Notes under the pieces: model-generated
Told to the model about the DNA's origin: nothing
The model's input: the letters and a program-made list of their open reading frames with translations, nothing else
Database searches by the model: none
Shown here: positions 37,557-47,952 of the stretch, in pieces
Layout of the letters: every line of letters starts with the position of its first letter
Position numbering within the stretch: position 1 is the stretch's first letter
NCBI GenBank assembly: GCA_963699755.1
Contig: CAVOVB010000004.1
Location: forward strand, 96,001 to 160,000
Origin: an uncultured delta proteobacterium
GTDB lineage: Bacteria > Myxococcota_A > Polyangia > Polyangiales > Houyiibacteriaceae
Reading direction: 5' to 3'
Length of the DNA: 64,000 nucleotides
Translations under genes and position numbers: made by a program

Positions 37557-37585
37557 AGTATATTTATTCACGAAAGTCCGGTAAA
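37557..37585 (-). promoter_or_regulatory. Putative sigma-70 promoter of pilB
   Basis: Minus strand TTTACC, 17-nt spacer, TATACT, ending 32 bp upstream of the pilB ATG. Confidence 0.45.
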
Positions 37586-37775
37586 CTCAAGTGTAGGTGC
37601 ATGGGCGCGCGCGGGCTAGGCGGTCGATTTCGAGGAGAGCCACTCCGAGCGCTAGCCTACCTCTGTACAAAGCTCTTGGCGAAAAGACCGCGTTTCTCCG
37701 GGTTTATCGGTGCTTTCAGGGGCCACGAGGAGGTCTTGGCTTGCCGCCACTTAGCCCTCGCGGTACCGAGCGGGA

Positions 37776-38672
37776 GTGGCGAAGCCAAAAAAACAAATCA
37801 CGGCAGCCCCCAAAGACCAAGGGGAGGCGCTCGAGCAGATCGAGCAGCCCAAGATGAACTGGAAGGTGCTGGGCCTCATCGGCCTGGCCTTGGCGGTGGT
37901 CTGGGTCATCGCCGGCATCCTGCAGCCGAGCATCGGCTACGTCGGACTGATCATCGCTGCGGTGCTCACCGCCGTTGCCCTTGGCTTTCTCATCTGGATC
38001 TGGCGGCTCACCCGCAAGTCGGCGGACATCGCGGCCATTCTCAAGGGCGCGACCGACAAGGAAGGGCGCTTGGCCGCCTTGGAGCAACTGAGAGCCAGAC
38101 AGGCTCCGGGTGGCAAGGATGCGCTCAACGCCATCGCCCAGGCGCAGCTCGTGGCGCAGGAAGATCCGGCAGAGGCGATTCGCATTCTCGAGGCGATCGA
38201 CATCAACAAGGCGCCCGCGATGGTGCAGGACGATGTCAGGGCCAACCTCGCGATGTTCTACTTGATGACCGGACGCGCACGAGACGCGCGCGACCTTGCC
38301 AACGACATTCGGCTCGACCGCCAGCCGCAGGCCAAGGCCAAAGCGATGTATGCCGCCGTAGTTGCAGAGTCGTTCGCGCGGACGGGAAACGCCGATGAAG
38401 CGCGCAAGCTGCTCGAAACCTACGATGCGAAGGATAAGGAGTTTGGGCAGATTTCCGGAATGCTCCTCCGCGCCCAAGTCTATACCTACACCGCGACGAA
38501 GAAGAGCGGACGCGCACGCGAGGCGATGGAGCAGCTTCTCGAAGTGGATCCGAACATGGTCGCAGCCTTCATTCAGAAGGGGACGCGTCCCGAGCTCAGC
38601 CGCCTCGCCAAGCAGGTGCTCTCGGGCGCCGGGGCGCTACCCAAGCCGAAGATGCGCGTGCGTACGCGCTAG
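37776..38672 (+). CDS. Membrane protein with two TMs and cytoplasmic TPR-like repeats
   Basis: Two hydrophobic segments followed by helical TPR-like repeats; 6 bp upstream of prmC. Confidence 0.8.
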   Translation: MAKPKKQITAAPKDQGEALEQIEQPKMNWKVLGLIGLALAVVWVIAGILQPSIGYVGLIIAAVLTAVALGFLIWIWRLTRKSADIAAILKGATDKEGRLAALEQLRARQAPGGKDALNAIAQAQLVAQEDPAEAIRILEAIDINKAPAMVQDDVRANLAMFYLMTGRARDARDLANDIRLDRQPQAKAKAMYAAVVAESFARTGNADEARKLLETYDAKDKEFGQISGMLLRAQVYTYTATKKSGRAREAMEQLLEVDPNMVAAFIQKGTRPELSRLAKQVLSGAGALPKPKMRVRTR

Positions 38673-38678
38673 GGGCTC

Positions 38679-39536
38679 GTGACCTCTCGAACCTGGACCA
38701 TCCGGGAAGTCCTCGACTGGACCGCGAAGGACTTCGCCGGACGAGGCATCGAAAGCCCAAGGCTCGATGCGGAGCTCCTGGTCGCCAAGGCGCTCGGGAC
38801 CGACCGGATCGGACTGTATCTAGATCTCGACCGACCCCTCGGCGACACCGAGCGAGGCGCGATTCGTCCATTGGTTGCGAGGCGCAGGGAACGGGAGCCA
38901 GTAGCGTACATTCTCGGGTACCGGGACTTCTACGGCCGGCGTTTCAAGGTGACGGCTGATGTTCTGATTCCGCGCCCGGATACCGAGACACTGGTGGAGC
39001 ACGCACTCGAATGCGTCCCAGAGGATGCCGCCTCCCGGGTGCTCGACGTGGGAACCGGCAGCGGCGCCCTCGCAGTGACGATTGCGGCGGAGCGGCCCTT
39101 GGCGATGGTCGTCGCGACCGACATCTCCGAGGCCGCTTTGAAAGTCGCCGCGGACAATGCCGAGCAACTCGGGGTCGCAGACCGGATCCGATTCGAGCGC
39201 GCCGACCTGCTTAGCGGCGCCGAACAATACGACGTCATCGTGTCCAACCCGCCCTACATTCCGAAGTCGGACATGGAATCTTTGCAGGTTGAGGTGAGGG
39301 AGCATGAGCCGACCTGCGCGCTCGAGGCCGGCGAAGATGGACTCGACGTGATCCGGGCTTTGTTGACCGCGAGCGAACGTGCCAGCGCAACCGGCGCGCA
39401 GATGTTGCTTGAAATCGGGATGGGCCAGGCTGCCTCGGTGATCGATTTCACCTCGTCGAACGCAGCCTGGGAGCTCTTTGCCGTCTATCCGGACCTCAAC
39501 CGCATCGAGCGCGTCGTTCACCTCCGGCGAATCTGA
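38679..39536 (+). CDS. prmC: Release factor glutamine methyltransferase
   Basis: PRLDAELL, EPVAYILG, VLIPRPDTE, LDVGTGSG, SNPPY, ALEAGEDGL. Confidence 0.96.
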   Translation: MTSRTWTIREVLDWTAKDFAGRGIESPRLDAELLVAKALGTDRIGLYLDLDRPLGDTERGAIRPLVARRREREPVAYILGYRDFYGRRFKVTADVLIPRPDTETLVEHALECVPEDAASRVLDVGTGSGALAVTIAAERPLAMVVATDISEAALKVAADNAEQLGVADRIRFERADLLSGAEQYDVIVSNPPYIPKSDMESLQVEVREHEPTCALEAGEDGLDVIRALLTASERASATGAQMLLEIGMGQAASVIDFTSSNAAWELFAVYPDLNRIERVVHLRRI

Positions 39537-41473
39537 CGTAGCCCGAGCTCGCCAAACAGCAAGACCATGGCCAGCAAAAGCAGCCAGGGCCCGAGCGGTT
39601 GCTCAACCCCGCTCGACGCATCGAGCTCGACGGCCTCGAAGCTGCTCTCTACATCGGGAGCGCCTTTGGAGACGAGGTCGCTCTCGCCGGGCGGCGCGTC
39701 GACGACGAACGCGAAGCGGGCACCGTTGACACCGTTGACGAGCACGCGATAGGCGCCGATTTCGCCGGTGTCGCGAAACGCCACGCGATCGGCTTCCGCC
39801 AGATCCACCGTTCGACCGGTCGGCGTCACGACCTGGATGCGTTGGCTTTGGGTCGACCCGGGAAGGGACACCGTCCCATATGGTTCGACCGAATGTTCAC
39901 TTCGGCCTGCGAGCCGACGCAGCGTATCGAGGACGAAGGGCACGAAGACCGGCTGGTAGGGCAAATCGGTCCATGCGTCGTCGATCGTCGTCGCCAACAT
40001 CGCCACGCGACCACTCCGGTAACGATGCTCCAACATAGCCGCTGCACCGTCACTGAATCGCGCCGTCACCACCGCATCGAGAGAGGCTTCGGCGATTGGA
40101 GTCCGACCGCGCACCTTGGCCTGCGCTAGCTCGGGCAGCGTTTTGGATTGGAGAGACAGGGACCGCGCCTCCATCCGAGTCGCCGTGTAGCGCCCTGGAA
40201 GAAGCTCGCGGAGAACGCTTCCATACGCCCTCGGGTTGACCCGATCGCCTGCCGTGATCCAAAGGCTCCCGCCGCCCCCCACATAGCGCTGGATCAGCGG
40301 AAGCCACTTCTGATCGAGGGTAGCGTTCGCCAAGACCAGCACGTCGGAGCGAATGATCGCGTTCTCGGAAAGATCCTCGGCGTCGAGCGTCTCTACCGAA
40401 AACGAGCGACCGATGCGCGGCGCAACGCCAAGCGCATGATTGAGAAATGCAGTCTCTCTCTTGCGCGGATCGGGGTGAGGGTCGCCGTCGACGAGCAGCA
40501 CGTGCACCGTGTCGGACCCGAGCAGGACCCCGCGGACGTTGTCCGCAGGAAGAACGTCGTCTGGGTAGAGCTGCAGCTCGACCACCGCGTCGGTCGACCC
40601 GGGCGCAATCGAGAGGGAAGCTTCTCCCCCATTACCGCTCCGCTGAACGGGGGTCTTCTGTGTCTCTTGCCCCTTTTGACGCATGCGAAGCTCCTGCGGG
40701 GACTGCGTCGGGGTGCCTGCAATCTGGACATCGAGCCGCATTCCGTCGGGAGCGTCGCGCTCTCCGTTCACTTCCACAGAGGCGATGCGGCGGTTGTCCG
40801 GGTTGGGCGTGGAAACCGTTTCGAAGGCGACTCGAATACCGCGGCTGGGCCATTCGCAGCTCTCGGCATCTGTGCCTTCGGTGAAGTCGGAGAGGACCAG
40901 CAAGCGCCGGTCCGCGAGCTCGCTCTCGAGGAGCAGCTCCACTGCCGTTTGCACCGCGTTGCACAAGGCATCACCCCGAGTGGACCGAAGACCGATGTCT
41001 CCGAATACGGCCCCCACCATTTCGAGATCAGAACGCCGCCGGACCCAGACGCGCGGAGACCTGCCTGAGAGGATGACCGAAACTTCGGAGCCTTCCGGGA
41101 GTTTCCGAACCTGCTCGGTCGCGGACAGTGCCGCACGCTCGATGAGGGTCTTGCCCTGATAGATCGCCGCCATCGACAAAGAGTCGTCGAGCACGATGGC
41201 CAGTGCGTGCTGCCGGTCCAATAGGCTAGAGCGAACGACGCGATAGGGGGCCGCCGCAACCAGAACCAGCGCCGCCACGAGCAATGCGCGCACGATCAGC
41301 AGCAGCATATCCACGACGCGAAGCCGAGCCGCGCGCGTCGCTTGGATTCGGTGAAGGAACGCAATGGTCGGCAGCGTTTGCTTGGGAAGCTTCTGTCGCC
41401 TGAGCAGGTGAGCGAGGATCGGAATCCCAACGGCGATGAGCCCGGCGAGCGCCCAGGGAAGACCAAAGCCCAT
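39518..41473 (-). CDS. BatA N-terminal + VWA domain membrane protein
   Basis: BatA motif IPILAHLLRR...LLLIVRALL..LV..AAP; MIDAS LDDSLSM; GATase-like VLLVDG...YVGGGGSL; C-terminal TM. Confidence 0.85.
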   Translation of the reverse strand: MGFGLPWALAGLIAVGIPILAHLLRRQKLPKQTLPTIAFLHRIQATRAARLRVVDMLLLIVRALLVAALVLVAAAPYRVVRSSLLDRQHALAIVLDDSLSMAAIYQGKTLIERAALSATEQVRKLPEGSEVSVILSGRSPRVWVRRRSDLEMVGAVFGDIGLRSTRGDALCNAVQTAVELLLESELADRRLLVLSDFTEGTDAESCEWPSRGIRVAFETVSTPNPDNRRIASVEVNGERDAPDGMRLDVQIAGTPTQSPQELRMRQKGQETQKTPVQRSGNGGEASLSIAPGSTDAVVELQLYPDDVLPADNVRGVLLGSDTVHVLLVDGDPHPDPRKRETAFLNHALGVAPRIGRSFSVETLDAEDLSENAIIRSDVLVLANATLDQKWLPLIQRYVGGGGSLWITAGDRVNPRAYGSVLRELLPGRYTATRMEARSLSLQSKTLPELAQAKVRGRTPIAEASLDAVVTARFSDGAAAMLEHRYRSGRVAMLATTIDDAWTDLPYQPVFVPFVLDTLRRLAGRSEHSVEPYGTVSLPGSTQSQRIQVVTPTGRTVDLAEADRVAFRDTGEIGAYRVLVNGVNGARFAFVVDAPPGESDLVSKGAPDVESSFEAVELDASSGVEQPLGPWLLLLAMVLLFGELGLRQIRRR

Positions 41474-41476
41474 GAC

Positions 41477-42352
41477 TCAGCCCTCCCGCAGAAGCTGGAG
41501 CAGCGTGTGCTCGGGTGGGGTGTCGGTTCTTGCGAGAAGATATCGCGCACCCGCTGCGACCACGCGGCGCTGGCACGACCCCACGAACGCATCGATCGCA
41601 TCTCGATAGCGCCGACGAGCGCCCTTCGGGTCGACTTCCACCGGCGATTCGCCTTCGAGCCCCTCGAAATGCAGCGGCTGCTCGTAAGGAAGCTCGAGCT
41701 CGGCAGGGTCCATGACATGAAGAACGATCGTTTGATGGCCGCGCGCCTGAATTCGCGCGATCGGATCCAGTGCCTCGCCCTCGAGGTCGAGCAAATCGCT
41801 CGCGATCACGACCAGCCCCATGCGGCCGGCGTGCTCGATCAATTTGTCGAGCGAGGCATGAAGCGCGGTCTGCCCATTCGATCGCGTCGGCTCGGCGAGC
41901 GTCCGCATCAGGTAATCGAGATGTGCCGGCCCCGAACGCGCCGGCAGTCGGTCCCGGATCTCCTCATCGAAGGTGACCAGCGAGACGGCATCGCCCTGGC
42001 GCGTCAGCAGGTAGGCGATGGCCGCCAGCAGTGTCGCGGCATGGTCGATCTTACTGACATCGCCACTGCCCCAGTGCATCGATGGAGAGATGTCGAGTGC
42101 AAGCGTTCCACGGAGTTGCGTTTCATGCTCGAAGTGCTTGATCGTGTACCGGTCCGAACGCGCATAGGCGCGCCAGTCGATGAGGCGCGGATCGTCTCCG
42201 GGCCGGTACGCGCGATGTTCCTTGAAAATCGCGCTGGCACCACGGTGGGGACTCCGGTGCATGCCAGCCAGGAGACCGTCGACCGTGCGCTTTGCCCTCA
42301 GCGTGAGCCCGGCCAAGCGTACCGCGAGCTCGGGTTCGAGCACGTGGGTCAC
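41477..42352 (-). CDS. DUF58 (VWA-like) protein
   Basis: GMHRSPHRGAS.FKEHRAYRPGDD.RLIDWR.YARSD, LDISPSM, SDLL. Confidence 0.93.
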   Translation of the reverse strand: MTHVLEPELAVRLAGLTLRAKRTVDGLLAGMHRSPHRGASAIFKEHRAYRPGDDPRLIDWRAYARSDRYTIKHFEHETQLRGTLALDISPSMHWGSGDVSKIDHAATLLAAIAYLLTRQGDAVSLVTFDEEIRDRLPARSGPAHLDYLMRTLAEPTRSNGQTALHASLDKLIEHAGRMGLVVIASDLLDLEGEALDPIARIQARGHQTIVLHVMDPAELELPYEQPLHFEGLEGESPVEVDPKGARRRYRDAIDAFVGSCQRRVVAAGARYLLARTDTPPEHTLLQLLREG

Positions 42353-43380
42353 GGCTGGATGCCGTGCATGATGCCTTCGATGACGTCAGCTGGAGTCACG
42401 CCTTCAGCCTCCGCACGGAAGTTCATGACCAGACGATGCTTCAGGATCGGCTCGACCAGGGCACGCACGTCTTCGATCTCGGCGGCATAGCGGCCGTGAA
42501 GCACTGCCCTAGCTTTGGCGCCCAAAATCAGCCCCTGGCTCGCTCGGGGACCGGCGCCGAAGGCGACGTTCTTTCGCACGAGCTCCGACGCCTTGCCTTC
42601 CTCGGGCCGCGAGGCTCTCACCAGGTTCACAGCGTGCTGAACCAGGTGGTCGGCGGCAGGAACACGAGGAACGAGGTCCTGAAAGCCGACGATATCTCGG
42701 GCCGAAAGGACCGGAGTGATCTTCGTTGGCATTGGAGCCGTCGTGCGCTTGACGATGTCGAACTCTTCGTTCGGGCTCGGGTACCGAACGTCGATTTGAA
42801 AGAGGAATCGGTCGAGTTGCGCTTCTGGCAAGGGATAGGTCCCTTCTTGCTCGATCGGGTTCTGGGTCGCAAAAACCAAGTACGGCTGCTCCAGCGCGTA
42901 GGTGTTGCCGCTCGCCGTAACCTGACCCTCGGCCATCGACTGAAGGAGCGCCGCCTGGGTCTTGGGTGGCGCGCGGTTGATCTCGTCGGCCAGTAGGATG
43001 TTGGTGAAGACCGGACCCGGGATGAATCGAAAGTGGCGTTTGCCGGTCGTCGCATCTTCTTCGAGAACGTCTGTCCCCGTCACGTCGCTCGGCATCAGGT
43101 CCGGGGTGAACTGGATGCGGTTCGAGTGGAGCGAGAGCGCATCGGCGAGGGTGGTGATGAGCAGCGTCTTGGCGAGCCCGGGCACACCGACGAACAAGCC
43201 GTGTCCGCGCGAGAACAGTGCGATCAGCAGGAGCTCGATCACCTCGTCTTGACCGATGATGCGTTGCTTGAGCCGGGAGACGATCTCCTCCCGCGCGCTC
43301 GCCAGTTGCTGCACGAGGAGCACGTCGGAGGCGGCGCCGCTGGGCGGCGGGGCCGGAGTGCTGCGTAAAGGTTCGGTCAC
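42349..43380 (-). CDS. moxR: MoxR-family AAA+ ATPase
   Basis: IIGQ, GVPGLAKT, RIQFTPDLMPSD, LLADEINRAPPKTQAALL, ATQNPIEQEGTYPLPEAQLDRF, GAGPRA. Confidence 0.95.
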   Translation of the reverse strand: MTEPLRSTPAPPPSGAASDVLLVQQLASAREEIVSRLKQRIIGQDEVIELLLIALFSRGHGLFVGVPGLAKTLLITTLADALSLHSNRIQFTPDLMPSDVTGTDVLEEDATTGKRHFRFIPGPVFTNILLADEINRAPPKTQAALLQSMAEGQVTASGNTYALEQPYLVFATQNPIEQEGTYPLPEAQLDRFLFQIDVRYPSPNEEFDIVKRTTAPMPTKITPVLSARDIVGFQDLVPRVPAADHLVQHAVNLVRASRPEEGKASELVRKNVAFGAGPRASQGLILGAKARAVLHGRYAAEIEDVRALVEPILKHRLVMNFRAEAEGVTPADVIEGIMHGIQP

Positions 43381-43417
43381 TGAGACCTCTTAGCGCCTCG
43401 CGGCGGGAATTGCCACA

Positions 43418-44971
43418 TCACTGGCGCATCCCTCCCAGCCGCTCACAAAGCGTCGCTTCGTGATCCGCCTGAGGAACGCCGAGCTTCGAGAGGATGCAAT
43501 GAGGCTGCGGGTCGAACGGGTTTTGGGCGATCGCTCTCGCAGCAGCGTCTTTCGCTTCCTCTGGCATCGACAGCCGATACATCGCGGTCGCCAAACTCGA
43601 GAGCGCGGGCGCATGCGTCGGATATCGCTCGAGGGTGAGCATCAGAGGCCCGATCGCGTCTTTGGGACGCCCGCCTGCAATCGCCGAACGGGCATAGCGT
43701 GATGCAACGACGGGGTCGGACGGCGCGGCTTCGTGCGCCTTTGCGTACTCGACCGATGCAGCCGCAGGGCGGGAGCGCGTCCATAAGAGGTCGCCTAGGC
43801 GCAGATGGTTGCGGGCACGGTCGAGCTCCACGCCGGCGAGCTCATCCTGCTCGGTGGCTTCACCGCTGAGGCGACGAGGCAAGAGTCGCGCCGGTGCGGG
43901 TTGGGGCAGCTTCGAGAGAGCTTTCCTCCAGCGCGACTCGAGAACCCTCCACGGCACGCCGGCTACGCTCGCCAAGGCTTTCTTTGCGTCCTCCCCCCCG
44001 CCGATGAGGTAGAGCGCTTGCTGTACGCCTTCGCTCCCGTATTCCCGGTAGTACGTCTGCATGAAGGATGAAACCTGCGCGAAGGCGAGCGAGGCGGCCT
44101 TCTGGGAGGGGAGAAGGGCAATGGATGGATGCATCTGATCGAAGCTGAGCAGCGCGTCTGCCTCCATGGCCTCGAAGAGGAGCTGAGCAGACGCCGCGTC
44201 CTGCTGTAAGATCGGCGCAGCTTGTCGCCAGCGAGTCTCAAGGAACTTCGCGAGACCTTCCTGCAGCCACACCGGCGCCTGGTCGAGGGAGGCCTTGGTC
44301 AGCAGGAGATGAACGTACTCGTGCGAAATGGTGTCGAGCCAGGGGTAGCCATGCATCAATGCGGAGGGGGACGCGATCATGAGGCGGCCCCATTTGCACA
44401 GAGCGATCGTTCCCGTGTTGCGAATGGCCTCGACAGGCAGTGTCGACACGCGCGACAAGGAATCGGCGTCGGGATAGATCTCGAGACGGATGGGACTGAC
44501 CATCTTGACCCCGAGCTCCTCTTCCAGCGCCTTGCCGACCGCTTTGAGCGCATCGACCGCGTAGGGCACGAGCACCTCGTCATCCCCGGGTGCGTAACGC
44601 ACCTCGATGTTCTCGTGCGTGAACGTCTCGAAGTTCTTCGTCGTCTCGTAGGTGTCGACGATCACGTCCGCCAAGTTACCCAAGTTCCCGGCTGACCCAG
44701 GTTTGTTGCGAAGCGCCGCGATTCCATCGGCCGCCACTTCGTAGTTCCCCGCGTAAAACTCCGTGAGCACTTCGAGCTCGGCGACGCGCGATGTTCGCGG
44801 GTAGTGCTCTAGATACTTCTGCAACAAGACTTGAGCGGGAACCCCTTCGCCCGCTGTCAGCGAGGCTTCGAGGAGATCCAAGATGTCGGAGCTATTCGCC
44901 TCCTCAGCGGGCACGGACGCCGAGACCGATCCGAGCAGGGCACCGACTAGGAACAAGGCAACGCGCTTCAT
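43418..44971 (-). CDS. Exported peptidase MA-like metallopeptidase with TPR repeats
   Basis: Signal peptide; HEYVH zinc motif followed by PVWLQEGLA; C-terminal TPRs. Confidence 0.82.
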   Translation of the reverse strand: MKRVALFLVGALLGSVSASVPAEEANSSDILDLLEASLTAGEGVPAQVLLQKYLEHYPRTSRVAELEVLTEFYAGNYEVAADGIAALRNKPGSAGNLGNLADVIVDTYETTKNFETFTHENIEVRYAPGDDEVLVPYAVDALKAVGKALEEELGVKMVSPIRLEIYPDADSLSRVSTLPVEAIRNTGTIALCKWGRLMIASPSALMHGYPWLDTISHEYVHLLLTKASLDQAPVWLQEGLAKFLETRWRQAAPILQQDAASAQLLFEAMEADALLSFDQMHPSIALLPSQKAASLAFAQVSSFMQTYYREYGSEGVQQALYLIGGGEDAKKALASVAGVPWRVLESRWRKALSKLPQPAPARLLPRRLSGEATEQDELAGVELDRARNHLRLGDLLWTRSRPAAASVEYAKAHEAAPSDPVVASRYARSAIAGGRPKDAIGPLMLTLERYPTHAPALSSLATAMYRLSMPEEAKDAAARAIAQNPFDPQPHCILSKLGVPQADHEATLCERLGGMRQ

Positions 44972-47895
44972 CGCAAGAGCCTTTCGTAGTAGTCTTCCAC
45001 GGCCTGCCGATAGCCATCAGGCGACGTGCCGTTCATCGCGTCGAGGACGCGACGACGCCAAGCAAGCTCGTCGGCCTTCGAACGGACGGCCGGAATCTCG
45101 ACGCGCTCCGTGGCGCGGCCGCCCTGGGATTTCTCTCTTCCGCCGCCGCCTGGCGACGGCTTGCTCTGGGATTCCAGATGCTCGCGCAGGCGCCGGAGCT
45201 GGTCCGCGGCCGCCTCCTGCTGCTTGTTGGCCGCGAGCGGGTCGGCCTCCTCCAAAGAGCGAGTGGCCCGCTGCATCGGCTGCTGGATCGCCTCGAGCTG
45301 CTCCGCTGCTTCCTCGGAAACCGGCACACCGCCAACCTCCTCGCGTAGCCTGCGTGCGAGCTGGCGCGTCGCCTCATGAGCCTTGCTTTGCCGCTCGGCT
45401 TGTCTTTGGAGCTGCTCGCGCTCCTGCTCGGTCAGCGCGCCAGCCACGTCGGGGACCGCGCCCTGTGCCGCTTCCCGCAAGTCCTGCGAGCGCGCGGCGG
45501 TCTCCCGCGCCTTCGCTGCTGCGTCTGAAGTCTGCCCATTGTTGCCGCGGAACATCATGGCGGAGAGCTCGAGGTCTTTCGCGAGCGCATTCGTGGCCTC
45601 CGCGAGGCGGTTGGCCATCGACAAGGCCTCTCCGAGATCGCCGCTTTCGAGCGCTTTCTCGAAATCATTCAAACGCTCCGCCGCCCGCTCCTTGACGCCC
45701 AACTCGTACGGACCCAGAGCCTCATCGCTCACATCACCGAGAAGCTCTGAAACGTCCTTGGCGAGCTCCTGCAGCTTCGCCCGCATCTCGCTCGCCAGGG
45801 AGTTCTCACCCCCCGCCGCCCGATCGAGCGCTTTGTCCCCGACCCGGCGAGCCTTGTGGGCCAAGCGCTGCTGCTCGACCTCGAGATCCCGTATCGTGTC
45901 CATCGCTTCCATCAGCGCTCGCTCACGCGGGCCAAACCGAGCTTCGACGAGCGAATCCTCGCTCTGCGCCAGGGCTCGCGTCATGGCTTCGATTGTTTGA
46001 TCCAGCTTGTTGAGCGCATCTTCGGCCGCGTCCAGGTCGCCAGTGGCGAGCGCTTCGCGAAGGGTCTGAAGGGCGTCGGTCGATTTACTCGCCTGCCGGG
46101 ACTGCTGATTGACGAACTCGCCGGGCACGTATCGCATGGCCTGCCGAAGCTGGTCTCTGAGCGCCGCGAGGCGCCGCTCGGCGCGGTCCAGGGCAGCCAT
46201 CAGTGCCCGTTCCAACTCCGGTGTCTGGCCGCGTCGCAGCTCGCCGATGAGCGACGCAATCTCGCTGCGAAGCTGCTGCATCTCACGCGCGATCTCGGCG
46301 GCGTCGTTCAAACGCGCTTCACTGATCAGATCGGCAACGATGAGGGTGTCCTTTTCGAGCTCGGCGACGATGGTGCGGTCTTGATACCTTCGGGCTTTGC
46401 CCTGATCTCGGTTCCGGTACGCCGCGGCTTCTCTTCTGTGGGCCCGTTCGAGTCGCTTTCTCATGTCGAGTAGCAACGGGATGGTCCTCGGCCCGCGATG
46501 GTCGCCGACCTCGGCGAGCAAGGCCTTGATTCCGTTGTACGGGACGATCGTCTCCGCGCGTCGCCGCAAGGCCTGCTGCAATCCGTCGGGGACGGGCTGC
46601 TCGAGGCGGGTTGCCAGCGCGACCAGGAGCGCATCCAACAAATTCTCGAGCTCGACGATGCGATCCCGCCGGCGCGTGATTTCTGATGCGAGCGTGAGCG
46701 TACGCTCAGCAGAGCGTCCAACGCCTGGGCCGTCGACGAGGTTGCCATCTTTGGCCTCCAGCCAGACGGTCACAGCGTCCGCAGGCGCCAGGACGAACTC
46801 CTCCAAGCGCAGCACGGTCTCTCCGAAAAGCTCGGTCTGCAGGTGATCGGACGGTGTGACGATCGTCCTGCGAAGATGCTCGCCACTGGGAAGCTTGATG
46901 ATGAGAGTGAGCTCCTTCACGCCGTAGTCATCGGCGGCCTGATGCTGCAAGCCGATCGCCTCCCTGGCCTCGACGACCAGGTCTTCCTCTGGGGCGATCA
47001 GGTTGACCCTTGGTGGCTCATCGCGCTGCACCGCGATCGAGCGGGCACGGTAATCGACCCGGCGCTCACCACGTGCAGATTCGACGTGAATCTCCAAAGG
47101 ACCGTCGGCATCAGCCACAAACGACGCGACAAACCGGTCCCCGACGCGGTCTGCCTGCACATGGCGGCCCGGTAGCTCGAGGACGACGCGCGCAGCGTCC
47201 CCAATGGGCGTAATCGAGTACTCGACCGCCGTCCCTCTCGGCACCGTTAGCCGATCGGCGTCTTCAACGCGCTCGTTGGCGCGCCCCATGTACTCGGGAA
47301 AGAGAAGCTCGGCGTCGGTGCGGGCCACCACGTGACCGGTCTGCGGCCCCGTGACCTCCCCCGCGTCGCTGTGCAGAAGTGCATAGCGTCCCGCGGCGGC
47401 GCGATTGAAATCCAGCGACCACCAGGCCAGCACCGCCAAGACGAGAATGGCCGCCAGGGCCGGCTGCACGACCCACTGCCAAGGGATGAACTTGCGAGCA
47501 GGCGAATCATCGAGCTGACGCAGCAATCGAACCCGCTGCGCCACGACGAGCTCGCGCGAGAACGCGGTTTCTTCTTGTAGCTCGTACGCACTCTGAAGTG
47601 GAGATAGGAGGGCAGGTTGCCTCGCGGCCACGAGCCCCAGCGCCCCGTGCCCACCGAGCCCCCTCAAAGCCTGAAGCGACCAGGCAACCGCCGCCGCCGT
47701 CATTGCAAACACCACGCCCCAGCCAATGCAGAGCCAGACAAGTGGCGTCATCGGCCCAAGCACCCAGGCCATCATGACGAAGGACACGAGACCTACCGCG
47801 GCCGCGGCCACGGCGATCCGAAGCGCCAACACCGTCGCGGCAGCGACCCGAAGCCGTCGCCGATACTCAGAGAGTCTACCGGTGGTGGAGCTCAC
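44968..47895 (-). CDS. DUF4175-like membrane-anchored long coiled-coil protein
   Basis: Three N-terminal TMs, PEYMG, DEPPRV, AADDYGV, Gln/Glu-rich coiled coil, C-terminal YRQAVEDYYERLLR; start taken at GTG 47895 (uncertain). Confidence 0.8.
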   Translation of the reverse strand: MSSTTGRLSEYRRRLRVAAATVLALRIAVAAAAVGLVSFVMMAWVLGPMTPLVWLCIGWGVVFAMTAAAVAWSLQALRGLGGHGALGLVAARQPALLSPLQSAYELQEETAFSRELVVAQRVRLLRQLDDSPARKFIPWQWVVQPALAAILVLAVLAWWSLDFNRAAAGRYALLHSDAGEVTGPQTGHVVARTDAELLFPEYMGRANERVEDADRLTVPRGTAVEYSITPIGDAARVVLELPGRHVQADRVGDRFVASFVADADGPLEIHVESARGERRVDYRARSIAVQRDEPPRVNLIAPEEDLVVEAREAIGLQHQAADDYGVKELTLIIKLPSGEHLRRTIVTPSDHLQTELFGETVLRLEEFVLAPADAVTVWLEAKDGNLVDGPGVGRSAERTLTLASEITRRRDRIVELENLLDALLVALATRLEQPVPDGLQQALRRRAETIVPYNGIKALLAEVGDHRGPRTIPLLLDMRKRLERAHRREAAAYRNRDQGKARRYQDRTIVAELEKDTLIVADLISEARLNDAAEIAREMQQLRSEIASLIGELRRGQTPELERALMAALDRAERRLAALRDQLRQAMRYVPGEFVNQQSRQASKSTDALQTLREALATGDLDAAEDALNKLDQTIEAMTRALAQSEDSLVEARFGPRERALMEAMDTIRDLEVEQQRLAHKARRVGDKALDRAAGGENSLASEMRAKLQELAKDVSELLGDVSDEALGPYELGVKERAAERLNDFEKALESGDLGEALSMANRLAEATNALAKDLELSAMMFRGNNGQTSDAAAKARETAARSQDLREAAQGAVPDVAGALTEQEREQLQRQAERQSKAHEATRQLARRLREEVGGVPVSEEAAEQLEAIQQPMQRATRSLEEADPLAANKQQEAAADQLRRLREHLESQSKPSPGGGGREKSQGGRATERVEIPAVRSKADELAWRRRVLDAMNGTSPDGYRQAVEDYYERLLR

Positions 47896-47952
47896 GGAGC
47901 GATCGTAGCGCCGGGAGAGGGGGGAGCGCCACCCCGGAGAGCGACTCCATCG

